In this document: in pieces, positions 22,771 to 34,786 of the stretch | Layout: each line of letters begins with the position of its first letter | Numbering within the stretch: position 1 is the stretch's first letter | Assembly: GCA_030390025.1 (NCBI GenBank) | Contig: CM059432.1 | Coordinates: 8,246,001 to 8,310,000 of the forward strand | Length of the DNA: 64,000 bases | Source: Squalus acanthias | Taxonomy: Eukaryota | Direction of reading: 5' to 3' | Position numbers and translations under genes: made by a program | Notes under the pieces: generated by a model | Database searches by the model: none | What the model saw: the letters and a program-made list of their open reading frames with translations, nothing else | What the model was told of the DNA's origin: nothing

Positions 22771-24439
22771 CAGCCAGCTCTTTCCACACAGTGTGGACTA
22801 TTGTGCGGTGAGGAACGTGCTCCTCTGTGCGGAACATGACAGCCCTCCTTTGTTGTACTTGAGACGGGAGCAGCTCGAGTGCCGCGTCTTCAGAAGGATT
22901 AGTTCAAGCGCAGAATATCCTTTCTTCCGCCATCAGGCTCCCAGCAGTTCCGAAGCGATAACGTGCCATGTCACAGGCTAGCTTCCCAACCTGGGTCGCA
23001 GGTCACGTGAGCAAGTGAGCTGACATTATAAAATCTTGAAATGAATCTGCCAAGCTAATGCAGCCTACAAGCCAGGTCTGTCGTATCTGTAATGGAACCT
23101 GAAAATCAGCCCTTAAGTCTATGTGCTTACCATTGCTAAACTCCCCAGTACTGTACTAAGTTCGACAGTCCGAAATTATGTCCCCATACCTTCAGCCGTG
23201 TTCTTTCATAGCAAAGTAAAGGTTTTATTACTGGACCGCTCAGCAAAGGGAATGTAATGAGTCGCCTTAATCTTCCATTTAATTCCCTCAGCCTCTAACC
23301 ATTCAGTCCCGCTGATCATTCAGTGGTTCTCCATCTTTCAGTCCAGAATTGAAGTGCTGTTTCTTCAACATTGAAATTGAGAAAGAATTTGAAGCTTAAA
23401 ATGTAAATGCCAAACCCTCATTTAAATTGCTCTCTCAGTTGTGTTTCATTTTTGGTAGCTGTGTGCTTACTGTAACAATTGCTGATTTTTGTCTTTTTCT
23501 TTCACCCGCATTAGCATGCAGATTGGCTCGGAAGAGTGCAAGTCGTTTATTTAGACCATTCTTCAGGGATGAGAGAGAGGAGAAAAAAAAGTAATTTATT
23601 TTTTCTGGAGTTTGGACATTACGGACACCCAAAATAATCTTTAAGGAAGATAGCGTGACGTGACTGGCCTACTCTGGCTTTGAAGGTCACTGAAGCAAAC
23701 CCCCCCCTTGAAACAGAGGGAATTAAGTCGAAGCGACATTTTCAACCCGTAGATTCCAATGAAACAGATAAAAGAAACTCAGTTATAAAGGGAACCAATC
23801 GAGTGTCTTTGAAATGCACTCGGGGCTAACCTTGTCTGAGCTTGAGGTGACAGAGCACAGAAAAGTGCCAAAGTAGCTTTTTTGAAGATAAATTGAAAAT
23901 TCATACCAGGGAGGAGTTACTTCAATTGCCTGCAGGAATGACAGTCGGATTCCTGCTGCAAAAAGCTACGACCCACGTTCTTGCTCTGGATCTCAATCGT
24001 TCTCACTAGTGATGAACCCTTTTCGTTATTTTGCTAGTGGGATCTCCCGTGATGTTGCTGAAGGTGCGTTCAATACTAAGCTGTTGTATGAGGACAGGGG
24101 CGTTATGCCATGTAGCGCCAGATGCATTATTCCGTTGCTAAGGTGGAGCGGCCTGTTTTTCGAGTCTCGTGTTGTCGGGCGTAGAAGACTTGAGGCCTAT
24201 TCCATGCCCCGTGCGCATTGTGCGCATGACTGTGCGGGTTCTGAACACTGACTGCACTTAGAACCTGTGCACAAACTATTACATAAAATTTACAGCACAG
24301 AAACAGGCTATTCGGGCCACGCCAGTGTTTCTGCTCCACACCAGCCTCCTCCCAGCCCTCTTCTTCTAACCCCATCAACATATCCTTCTATTCCTTTCTG
24401 TTTTACTTGTGATCACTATTGAACAAATTTGATAAATGA

Positions 24440-24871
24440 AAGACTTGCATTTATATAGCACCTTTCACAGCATCAGGATGCCCCAAAGCGCTTTACAGCC
24501 AATGAAGGAAACGCAGCAGCCAATTTGCACACAGCAAGCTCCCACAAACAGCAATGTGATAATGGCCAGATAATCTGTTTTTCTAGTAATGGTGATTGAG
24601 GGATAAATATTGGCCCAGGACACCGGGGATAACTCCCTTGCTCTTCTTCAAATAGTGCCATGGAATCTTTTACATCCACCCGAGAGGGCAGACAGGGCCT
24701 CGGTTTAACGTCTCATCCGAAAGACGGCACCTCCGACAGTGCAGCACTCCCTCGGTACTGCATTGGAGTGTCAGCCTAGATTTCTGTGCTCAAGTCTCTG
24801 GAGTGGGACTTGGAACCCACAACCTATGGACTCAGAGGCGAGAGTGCTGCCCTCTGAGCCACGGCTGACAC
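24440..24871 (-). mobile_element. Deu-domain SINE
   Basis: Reverse complement of head, Deu core and tail. Confidence 0.88.
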
Positions 24872-25374
24872 AGATTGGTCAAGGATGATTTTGCTTTGGA
24901 CTATCCTAGGATGACCGAGAGGTTATCCTGAACTTGAGCCTAGATGTTCTGATGAGCGTAACTTAAACGCTGGCATTAACCCATTCATCTTAAAAAGATC
25001 AACCGCTGCTTTGAAATAATACCAGTTGGAAAATCTTGGTGATGTCTTTGCAATGTGTATCGGTACCTAGAGTGAGATCAGCATCTTCTGCCACTTCTTC
25101 ATTCTGATACTGTGTAGGGATAACCCAAATGTTATTTTATTTCAACTGTTTAATCATTCTATTTAAGGAAAAACTACTTAATCATTCATAATTTTACATT
25201 GTTTCTGTTCGACGGGTGGGAGGAGACTCGTGTGGAGCATAAACACCGGCATAGACCAGTTCAGCTGAATGGCCTGTTTCTGCGCAGTAAACGCTATGGA
25301 CTTGAAAAGCTGATCAAGTTATTGGCTCCCTTGGTCACAAGATGCTGTTCATTGTAAACGGTGAGATTTAAAAA

Positions 25375-25785
25375 AAATTCATTCTCGGGATGTGGGCGTC
25401 TCTGGCCAGCATTTATTGCCCATCCCTAATTGCCCCTGAGAAGGTGGTGGTGAGCCGCCTTCTTGAACCGCTGCAGTCCGTGTGGTGAAGGTACTCCCAC
25501 AGTGCTGTTAGGGAGGGAGTTCCAGGATTTTGACCCAGCGACGATGAAGGAATGGCCAATATATGCCCAAGTCAGGATGGTGTGTGACTGGGATGGGAAC
25601 TTGCAGGTGATGGTGTTCCCACGCGCCTGCTGGCCTTGTCCTTCTAGAGTCATAGAGTCATAGATAGAGTGATAGAGGTTGCAGAGTTGGGAGCTGGTGT
25701 TGAAGAAGCCTTGGCGTGTTGCTGCAGTGCATCTTGTAGATGGTATATGCCGCAGCCACGGTGCGCCGGTGATGGAGGGAGTTTA
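25375..25785 (-). mobile_element. Second CR1-group LINE family, 3' fragment
   Basis: Matches 3585-3975. Confidence 0.85.
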
Positions 25786-26314
25786 TAAATAAGCATTGCT
25801 CACGAGCCTTCAGTGTTGTTATTTTAACTTTTTCTCCAACTAGTCAGAGTCCAGTCCTATCGGAAATAATCCAATTCCAATGTTTAGTCATATCTTCCCT
25901 CATTAGATATCTTCAATCCAAAGTAAATACATTTTGTTAGCACCCTAATTACTAGCCAATTGACCTGTATGAAACTGAGTGTATAAAAAGAGTAACTGAA
26001 CCTGAATTATAACTGTGTAGGCTGTAGGGTCACTTACTGTGATGCACAATTATTGCAGTTGTTATTTTTGCCTGGCTCAGGTAATGCAGGTAACAATCAG
26101 ATCTCAGAACACCACGGTTTTTCTTTTCCTCCGCTGGCTAATGGTTAATCTGCTTTCTTGTTAAGCATTAGAATTATAGAATTCCGCAGCACAGAAGGAG
26201 GCCATTCGGCCCATCGTGCCTGTGCCAGCTCTTTGAAAGTGCTCTCCAATTAGTCCCGCTCCCCTGCTCTTTCCCCATAACCCTGTAAAGTTTTCCTTTT
26301 TAAGTTTATATCTG

Positions 26315-27000
26315 GTATACCTGGTACAAAGGAAAATGGTTGTGGTTGTTGGATGCCAATTAACCCAGCCCAGGACATGGTTGCAGGAGTTCATCAGGGC
26401 AGCATCTTAGGCCCAACCATCTTTAGCTGCTTCATCAATGACCATCCCTTCGTCATAAGGTTAGGAGTGGAGCTGTTTGCTGATGATTGCACAGTGTTCA
26501 GCTCCATTCGCATTTCCTCAGATAATGAAGCAGTCCGTGCCTGCATGCAGCAAGACCTGGACAACGTTCAGGCTTGGGCTGATAAGTGACAGGTAACATT
26601 CATGCCACACAACTGCCAGGCAATGACTATCTCCAACAAGCGAGAGTCTAACCACCGCCTCTTGACATTCAACGGCATTACCATCGCCGAAACCCCCACC
26701 ATCAACATCCTGGGGGTCACCATTGACCAGAAACTCAACTGGACCAGCCACATAAATACTGTGGCTACAAGCGCAGGTCAAAGGCTGGCTTTTCTGTGGG
26801 TGAGTGTCTCGCCTCCTGACTCCCCAAAGATTCTCCGCGACTTACAAGGCACAAGTCAGGAGTGTGATGGAATACTCTCCACTTGCCTGGATGAGTGCAG
26901 CTCCAGCAACACTCAAGAGCTCGACACCATCCAGGACAAAGAAATTTGCTTGATCAACATCTTATCCATCTGCCTAAACAGCCACCCCCTCCAACACCGG
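26315..27000 (+). mobile_element. Second CR1-group LINE family, RT fragment
   Basis: GVHQGSILGP, LFADD, ILGVTIDQKLNW. Confidence 0.88.
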
Positions 27001-27408
27001 CTATATTTCATTTCAATACAGAAACTGGAATGTCAGATTTTGTATTGGGCACGTGAAACGTAGGCACTTGGATCATTTACTGGCCTTGAATGGAGACTCA
27101 GTGAAGTACCTCTGAATAAATGATTGAAATGAGGCAATTCATTAACAAAATACTTGCCAGTATATTCAATTCAATATATTGTACAGGAAACTCTCGTTTA
27201 AACGGCACCTAAATATCCGGAATTCTCTATTAACCGGCAAAATTCATACTCCGAAAACTCCTCTCAAATAACCGGCAATGTTTCCGAGTCAGAGTCCGAG
27301 TCTCCCGCGAACGCCGAGTTAGTCAGTGGGGGTAGTTCTCCAAAGTGCCACTACTCGGCTTCCTGGCGCTGTCGGAAGTCCGAACACTGCAATAACAGGA
27401 GTCTGATT

Positions 27409-27652
27409 CTCCCGCGCTGCCGGGAGTCTCTTCTGAGCCGCCATTTTACTGTGTGTCTCCCGCGCTGCTGGTAGTCTCTTCTGATACACCATTTTACTGT
27501 GTGTCTCCCACGCTGCTGGTAGTCTCTTCTGATACACCATTTTACTGTGTGTCTCCTACGCTGCTGGTAGTCTCTTCTGATACACCATTTTACTGTGTGT
27601 CTCCCGCGCTGCTGGTAGTCTCTTCCTAGCCACCATTGTTCTGTGTGTCTCT
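27409..27652. repeat. 48-bp minisatellite, 5 copies, inside the transposon 5' region
   Basis: CTCCCGCGCTGCTGGTAGTCTCTTCTGATACACCATTTTACTGTGTGT units at 27409, 27457, 27505, 27553, 27601. Confidence 0.95.
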
Positions 27653-27689
27653 CCATCTTTATCGGGAATTATCTCCCCCATCTTGCATT

Positions 27690-29441
27690 ATGGAATTCCC
27701 AAAAGCTGGTCCAAGCAAAAGGAAGAGAGTGGTCTTAACTTTAAAACAGAAAATCGAGATATGCCAACGACTAGAAAGGGGAGAGAAGCGTATCAATATT
27801 ATGAATGAATTCAAAATCGGTTCGTCAACAATCTACGACATCAAATCGCAGAAGGATAAGCTGCTCAAGTTTTATTCAAGCTCGGAGACATCTAAGAGTG
27901 TAGAGAAACGGCGTACGCTTCGTAAGCCTAAGCTTGAAGAGCTGGATACCGTGCTTTATGAATGGTTTTCTCTTAAGCGTTCAGAGGGTGTTCCAATTTC
28001 CGGACCCATGCTAATCGAGAAAGCAAAGGATTTCTACGAAAGGATGGAGCTCACTGACAAGTGTGCTTTCTCCGAGGGATGGCTAACGTGCTTCAAGTTA
28101 CGGCACGGGATACGATGACTCGATGTTTCCGGGGAGAAGAAATCAGCTGATCATGACGCCGCAGAAGAATACTGCGATTATTTCAATCGGATTGTGCAGC
28201 AACATGATTTGTCACCAGCACAGATATATAATGCCGATGAAACTGGCTTGTTTTGGAGGTTTTTGCCAGAATCAACGCTTGCTGGGGCTAGTGAGGCTAA
28301 TGCTTCAGGTTACAAGAAAAATAAAGATCGTGTAACCGTGATAACATGTGCGAACGCTGCTGGATCACACCGGGTTAAACTTATTGTTATTGGGAAGTAT
28401 AAAAATCCCCGTGCATTTAAAAATGTGAGGCACTTACCTGTTGAGTACAAAGCTCAAAAAAATGCTTGGATGGATAAGGAAATCTTCTCCGATTGGTTCC
28501 ATCATATTTTTGTTCCATCTGTGAGGGAACATTTCCATAAAATAGGGAAACCTGAAGATAGCAAATGCATTTTATTGCTTGATAATTGTAGAGCCCATCC
28601 GCATGAATCCGAGTTGGTTTCGGGACATATTTTCACCATTTATTTGCCACCAAATGTAACTTCTCTCATACAACCCATGGACCAGGGCGTTATCCAAAAT
28701 CTGAAGTGTCATTACAAGAAAGACTTCCTACGTAAACTGATAAGCCAAGATGACAATATTCATGCATTTCAGAAGGAATACAATATTAAAGATGCCATCT
28801 ATAATGTTGCATGTTCCTGGAACTTTGTGAAAGGTCACACTCTGAGGCAAGCCTGGCGCATATTGTGGCCTTCTGTAATGTTTGCTGAAGGTTCTTCTTC
28901 AGAGGAGGAATTTCATGGGTTCAATGTTCGTCCCAAGAAGAGTACAATAATGGAAATGGCTGGCATGGTGAAAAACCCTCTACGTCACCTCAGTGAAAGT
29001 GATATCGAGCAGTGGGTTGATGCAGATAGAGAAGTTGGTGTTGTGCATATGCTAAGTGATGATGAAATAATTGAGAATGTTTTGAATCCAAAGAAAGAAA
29101 AGGAAAGTGAGATGGAAAGTGAAGAGGATGATATTTCTGAAGAGAACAAGATTTCTTGGGCTAAAGCTGCAGAAGGATTTTCTTCAATCCTCCAATTTGC
29201 TGAAAGGCAGACTTGCTACTCTGCCCAAGAAGTTATGCAACTCCATATTCTGCATTCCACCTTTCTACAGAAAAGGCAAGAGTCCACTAAGCAAACTGAC
29301 ATCCGCAACATGTTTAAGAAAGCTTCCAAAAGAGTCGAAGCAGCGGAAGTGCCTGAAGAATCTGTGGAATCTGTGGAAATGCATGATCCTGATGACCCAG
29401 CTGGCACGGATATTCCTGATGAACCAGCTGACTTGGAATAA
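27690..29441 (+). pseudogene. Tigger-like transposase (psq/CENP-B HTH + DDE_1, DD32D), 583 codons with one in-frame TGA
   Basis: [50 protein letters not shown]; the two listed ORFs share a frame, split by TGA 28116-28118. Confidence 0.95.
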
Positions 29442-29734
29442 GTGTACAGTAAACTACAGTACTGTATACAGTCGTTTATAAGTTTTGTTTTACTGTTAAG
29501 TAATTAAAGAGTTATGGATTACCCTCAACTGGCAGTACTTTACTTAATCAAGCATCTTCCACCATCCATTTAACACAACATTCTATAAGTGAGTACCCAA
29601 ATACTGTATACTGCACATTTCTTGATTTTTTTATTTTTGTTTGTTAAAAATAGCCTCGGAATTTTTATTCAATCGGCACCACCCCGGTCCCGTTGGTGCC
29701 AGATACCAAAGAGTTTCCTGTATTTTGTTTTAAA

Positions 29735-30297
29735 TTCGTTTATGGGATGTGGGCGTCGCTGGCAAAGCCAGCATTTATTGCCCATCCCTAATCGCCCTTG
29801 AGAAGGTGGTGGTGAGCCGCCTTCTTGAACCGCTGCAGCCCGTGTGGGGAAGGTACTCCCACAGTGCTGTTATGGAGGGAGTTCCAGGATTTTGACCCAG
29901 CGACGATGAAGGAACAACGATATATTTCCAAGTCAGGATGGTGTGTGACTCGGAGGGGATCTTGGAGGTGGTGGTGTACCCATGCAGCTGCTGCCCTTGT
30001 CCTTCTAGGCGGAAGAGTTCGCGGGTTTGGGAGGTGCTGCCGAAGAAGCCTTGGTGAGTTGCTGCAGTGCATCTTGTAGATGGTACACACTGCAGACAGG
30101 TTGCGCCGGTGGTGGAGGGAGTGAATGTTTAAGGTGGTGGATGGGGTGCCAATCAAGCGGGCTGCTTTGTCCTGGATGGTGTCGAGCTTCTTGATTGTTG
30201 TTGGAGCTGCACTCACCCAGAAAGTTGGAGAGTATTCCAACACACTCTTGACTTGTGCCTTGTAGATGGTGGAAAGGCTTTGGGGAGTCAGGAGGTG
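29735..30297 (-). mobile_element. Second CR1-group LINE family, 3' fragment
   Basis: YKAQVKSVLEYSP..IQDKAARLIG. Confidence 0.88.
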
Positions 30298-30959
30298 TGC
30301 ACAATACAACATACTCAGTTCACCATTGGAAAGAATGGACTGTGGAGTGGACCAAAGGGTAAGGTTGGTCCTAAACTGAGCAAAGAAAAGCCAAGAGACA
30401 CTGGAGGCATAATAGCACCAGTTTAATCAGACCTGTGATTTCCCATTACATGGCAGGGCAGCCAAAAGTTAGCATCGTTGAGAAGCCGTGCTATTAATTC
30501 TTCCAACTGCATAGGCCATGGCTGCTAAATTAACTGTCCTTAGTGATATATTAAGCTCTCAAGATCTGTGACAGCTTTCGTCCCTCATGCTTTCGAAATG
30601 TGATAGCAGTCATTTCCGTTCCCCTGCGAGTCACGCTGCAGGTGCTTGGCATTGACTTTAATTCAGTGTAATGACTGACATGTAACATTTAATGTTTCAA
30701 ACCAACAGTAACCTCAGGTGTTTTATGCGAAACATGGTAGAGGTCAGGGTTGTTAAATCTATGCCAACTAGTGACTTGAATGTACAAGAAAATACACGAG
30801 GAATATTTCAGCTGGGGTTCTCGAAGCCGCCTGGCATCTTCTGCTAAAGCATTGAAAGTGAACATGAAGCACTGTGACCTCGACGCAAGTGGATCCGTTA
30901 TCTGTCAGGTGATTCAACTGACTGCCAGTTCCCCCACCCCCACCCCCGTAATATTTCAT

Positions 30960-32715
30960 CTAGAAAAGAGGAGGCTGAGAGGTGACCTGAAACAGGTCTT
31001 TAAAATTATGAAGGAGTTGGATAGGGTAGACGTAGAGAAGATGTTTCCACTTGTAGGGGGTGTCCAAAACTAGGGGTCATAAATTAAGATGGTCACTAAT
31101 AAATCCAATAGGGAAATTCAGGAGAGATTTCTTTACTCAGAGAGTGGTTAGAAAGTGGAACTCGCTGCCACAAGGAGTAGTTGAGGCGAATAGCATCGAT
31201 GCATTTAAGGGGAAGCTGGATAAGCACACTGTTGGAGAAAGGAATCGAAGGACAGGATGATAAGATTAGATGAAGAGGGGTGGGAGGAGGCTCGTGTGGA
31301 GCTTAAACACTGGCATGGATGATTTGGGCCGAATGACCTGTTTCTGTGCCGTAAATTCGATGTTATTCTATGCAATATAGGCTTCATTATTTAATGGAAC
31401 AGCTATAAGCAGACAAAACACGCCAAGCACCTGTAGGTAGATTGAGTCCAAAGCCACTCTTTTAAGAGGCTCTGCCCAGCAGGATCTCATGTACCAATTC
31501 GCAGTGTGCCATATTTTGTGAGTTACATCGAATTGCAGAGAATGTCCAGGACAGAAACAGGCCATTTGGCCCAACTAGTCTGTGCTGATGTTTATACTCC
31601 ACACGAGTCTCCTCCCATTCCATCCACCTCATCTCAGCCTTTCAGCATATCTCCCTATTCCCTTTTCTCTCATGTACTCGTCCAGTTTCCTTTTGAAAGT
31701 ATCTAAGCTATTTGCCTCAACCACTTCCTGTGGTAGCAAGTTCCACATTCTAACCACTCTCTGAGTAAAGAAATCTCTCCTCATTTCCCTATTGGATTTA
31801 TTAGTAACTATCTTGTATTTTTGGCCCCTAGTTTCGGATTCTCCCACAAATGGAAACATTCTCTCCACGCCTACCCTGTCCAACCCATTCATAATTTTAA
31901 AGATCTCTATCAGGTCTCTTTTCGAAAGAAAAACACCCCAACCTGTTCAATCTTTCCCGACAGCTATAATCAACATCCTTGTAAATATTTCTTGCACTTT
32001 CTCCAGTGCTTCTATGTCCTTTTTATAGTATGGAGACCAGAACTATGCACAGTGCTCTAAGCGCAGCCTGACCAGGGTTCTATATAGGTTTAACATAACT
32101 TCATTACTTTTGAATTCTATACCCCTATAAATAAATCCCAGTGCTTTGTTAGCATTTTTAATTGTAGAATCATAGAATCATAGAATAGCACAGCACAGAA
32201 GGAGGCCACTCGGCCCATCAGGTCTGCGCCAGCTCTTTCGAAGAGCGATCCAGTTACTCCCACTCCCCCGCTCTTTCCCCATATCCCTGCGATTTTTTTC
32301 TACTTCAAGTATTTATCCAATTCCCTTTTGAAGGCTACTATTGAATCTGTCGCCACCGCCCGATCAGGCAGCGCATTCCAAATCCTAACCATGTGCTGCG
32401 TAAAAAAGTTTTTCCTCATGTCGCCTCTGGTTCTTTTGCCAATCATCTTAAATCTGTGTCCTCTCGTTATTGACCCGTCCGCCAATGGAAACAGTTTCTC
32501 TTTATTTACTCTGTCTAAACCCTTCATGATTTTGAACACCTCTATCAAATCTCCTCTTAGCCTTCTCCGCTCCAAGGAGAACAACCCCAGCTTCTCTAGC
32601 CTATCCATGTAACTGTATTCCCTCATCCCTGGAACCATTCTAGTAAATCTCTTCTGTACCACTCTCCAAAGCCTTCAAGCCCTTCCTAAAGTGTGGTGCC
32701 CACAATTGGACACTT
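30960..32715. mobile_element. Cluster of three CR1 3' fragments (30960-31370 plus; 31535-32165 minus; 32166-32715 minus)
   Basis: RRLRGDL..FKIM, FFTQRVV..WN peptides and tails. Confidence 0.85.
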
Positions 32716-32749
32716 GAGGGCTAACTTTCTGCTGCCAGTCTGTCTGATT

Positions 32750-32962
32750 TATGGGATCTTTCACGTCCACCTGAGAGGGCAGACAGGGTTTCGGTTTAAC
32801 ATCTCATCTGAAAGATGGCACCTCCGACAGTGCAGCGCTCCCTCCGCCCTGCACTAGTATTGTCAGCCAAGATTTTGTGCTGATGTCTCTGGTGTGTGGG
32901 ACTTGAACCCACAACCTTCTGACTCAGAGGGAAGAGCGCTATCCACTGAGCCACAGCTGACA
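32750..32962 (-). mobile_element. Deu-domain SINE 5' half
   Basis: tRNA-like head and start of Deu core. Confidence 0.8.
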
Positions 32963-33006
32963 ACTTTATGAATAACGGCGACTTGGATGAGGTACCAAAG
33001 AGACTT

Positions 33007-34600
33007 GGGCTGGAATCTTGCCGGCGCTCAGGGGGCGGGTTCGGAGGTGGGTCCGCTGTCAAAATCTAAAAGATTGACAGCGGGTCGGGATCCCACTCTG
33101 AATCCGCCTCCGTGTCAGTTTCCCAAGTGCGGGGTCTGCCTGCGCTTTGCAGACCCGAGACTAAACTGGTCACCTCACTATAGGAAGGACGTGGAAGCAT
33201 TGGAAAGAGTGCAAAGGAGATTTACCAGGATGCTGCCTGGGTTGAGGGGGAGGTCTTATGAGGAAAGATTGAGGGAGCTAGGGCTTTTCTCTTTAGAGCG
33301 GAGGAGGATGAGAGGCGACTTAATAGAGGTTTATAAGATGATGAGGGGGATAGATAGAGTGGATGTTCAGAGACTATTTCCTCGGGTGGATGTAGCTGTT
33401 ACAAGGGGGCATAACTATAAGGTGCATGGGGGGAGATATAGAAGGGATGTCCGAGGTAGATTCTTTACTCAGAGAGTGGTTGGGGTGTGGAATGGACTGC
33501 CTGCTGTGATAGTGGAGTCGGACACTTTAGGAACTTTCAAGCGGTTATTGGATAAGCACATGGAGCACACCAGAATGATAGGGAGTGGGATAGCTTGATC
33601 TTGGTTTCGGACAATGCTCGGCACAACATCGAGGGCCGAAGGGCCTGTACTGTGCTGTACTGTTCTATGTTCTATGTTCTATATGTTCTAACGGCGGGTC
33701 AGCCAATTGAGCTAGTTAAGAGGGTCTTTAAAAGTAGTTGAACAGCATTTTACCACCTTCTCGCCATTTTCCCAACTTTTCCACGAGGTTCCATCGCTCG
33801 GGGATCAGGTCAGGTCAGTGTGTCGGGTTCTCAATGACTCTCCATTGCTGTGAATAGGTGACAGCTGCAAAAGTGGTATAAAAGCTACCATTTCACAGCT
33901 GTTCACTTTCCAATGTCAGAAACTTGAGCCTTCAGGATTTGGAAGACACTTTTGAGCTGTACGCAGTTTGGAAGTGTTTGGAGTGAACTCTCTATCCACT
34001 GGCAGCTCCTTGGAGCAAGCTCTCTCAACACTGACAGGTCGCTTCCGTCATCTTAACTTCAGCTGTCATCTGTTCCAGCAACATCGGTGCTCTTGAAAAA
34101 ATCTCACCTTGGTCCTCAGAATCCCACCACGATCAGCTGCAACATCAACATCACCAGGCACACCAGCATCACCAGGCACACCAGCAGCACCGACACCTTC
34201 CTTCTCCGCAATCACCTGGTGCTGCACTGGACACAGGGCATCATCACCCAACCACATTGCTGCCCGGGACACCAGCGATGGCCTCACCATGGCCAGATTT
34301 ACTTCACTTGATGCGCCAGGTTGGCACCAGCACCATAAAGCATCCCTACGATGTCCAAGCCATTCCTTTCACACTCATCACCAATGGGGGTGGTGGAGGC
34401 GGGGCCGGGGGGGAGGGTGGAGGGAGTTATGTCTCACCATTCACTGGAACTCACTAAGACATTTTCAAAGGTGCACAGAAATCTGTCCAAGAAAGCAGGC
34501 AAAGTGGTGAAAATAAGGATTTCAATGCTTGACAGCACATTAACAGAAACTTTACACGAACTTTGGCTAAAGAACACAAGTGCCTACCCTTGATTGTTGT
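33007..34600. mobile_element. PIF/Harbinger-like element, same family as 9643-11373 in opposite orientation, interrupted by CR1 (33166-33690, plus)
   Basis: 33007-33066 matches reverse complement of 11315-11373; 34010-34600 matches reverse complement of 10345-10920. Confidence 0.7.
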
Positions 34601-34786
34601 TACATAAGAACGTAAGAAAATAAGAAATAGGAGCAGGAGTAGGCCATTCGGCCCTTCGAGCCTGCTCCGCCATTCAATTAGATCATGGCTGATCTTCTAC
34701 CTCAGCTCCACTTTCCTGAACTATCCCCATATCCCTTGATTCCCTTAATATTCAAAAATCTATCGATCTCTGTCTTGAATATACTC

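Larger units (their letters stand above)
27184..29720 (+). mobile_element. Tigger/pogo-family DNA transposon
   Basis: Imperfect 26-bp TIRs CAGGAAACTCT..GGCACC, TA TSD (27182-27183, 29721-29722), transposase ORF. Confidence 0.95.

Noticed and set aside
22148..22839. Long K/E/R-rich and F/L/S-rich ORFs (also 54534-55296)
   Set aside because: Translations of stop-free microsatellites
22773..23019. Plus-strand exon after the pyrimidine tract
   Set aside because: The acceptor-like signal is explained by the microsatellite; frames examined give no recognisable protein
23745..23760. miR-99/100-like AACCCGTAGAT
   Set aside because: Only 11 nt match and no precursor hairpin evident
24009..24251. 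C/D snoRNA (GTGATGA..CTGA) or 80-aa ORF
   Set aside because: No convincing terminal stem, guide or recognisable peptide
24946..24980. Hammerhead-like CTGATGA followed by a GCGT/ACGC stem
   Set aside because: The required GAAA box is absent
27409..27652. CRISPR-like array
   Set aside because: Contiguous 48-bp tandem units with no unique spacers, in a eukaryotic transposon
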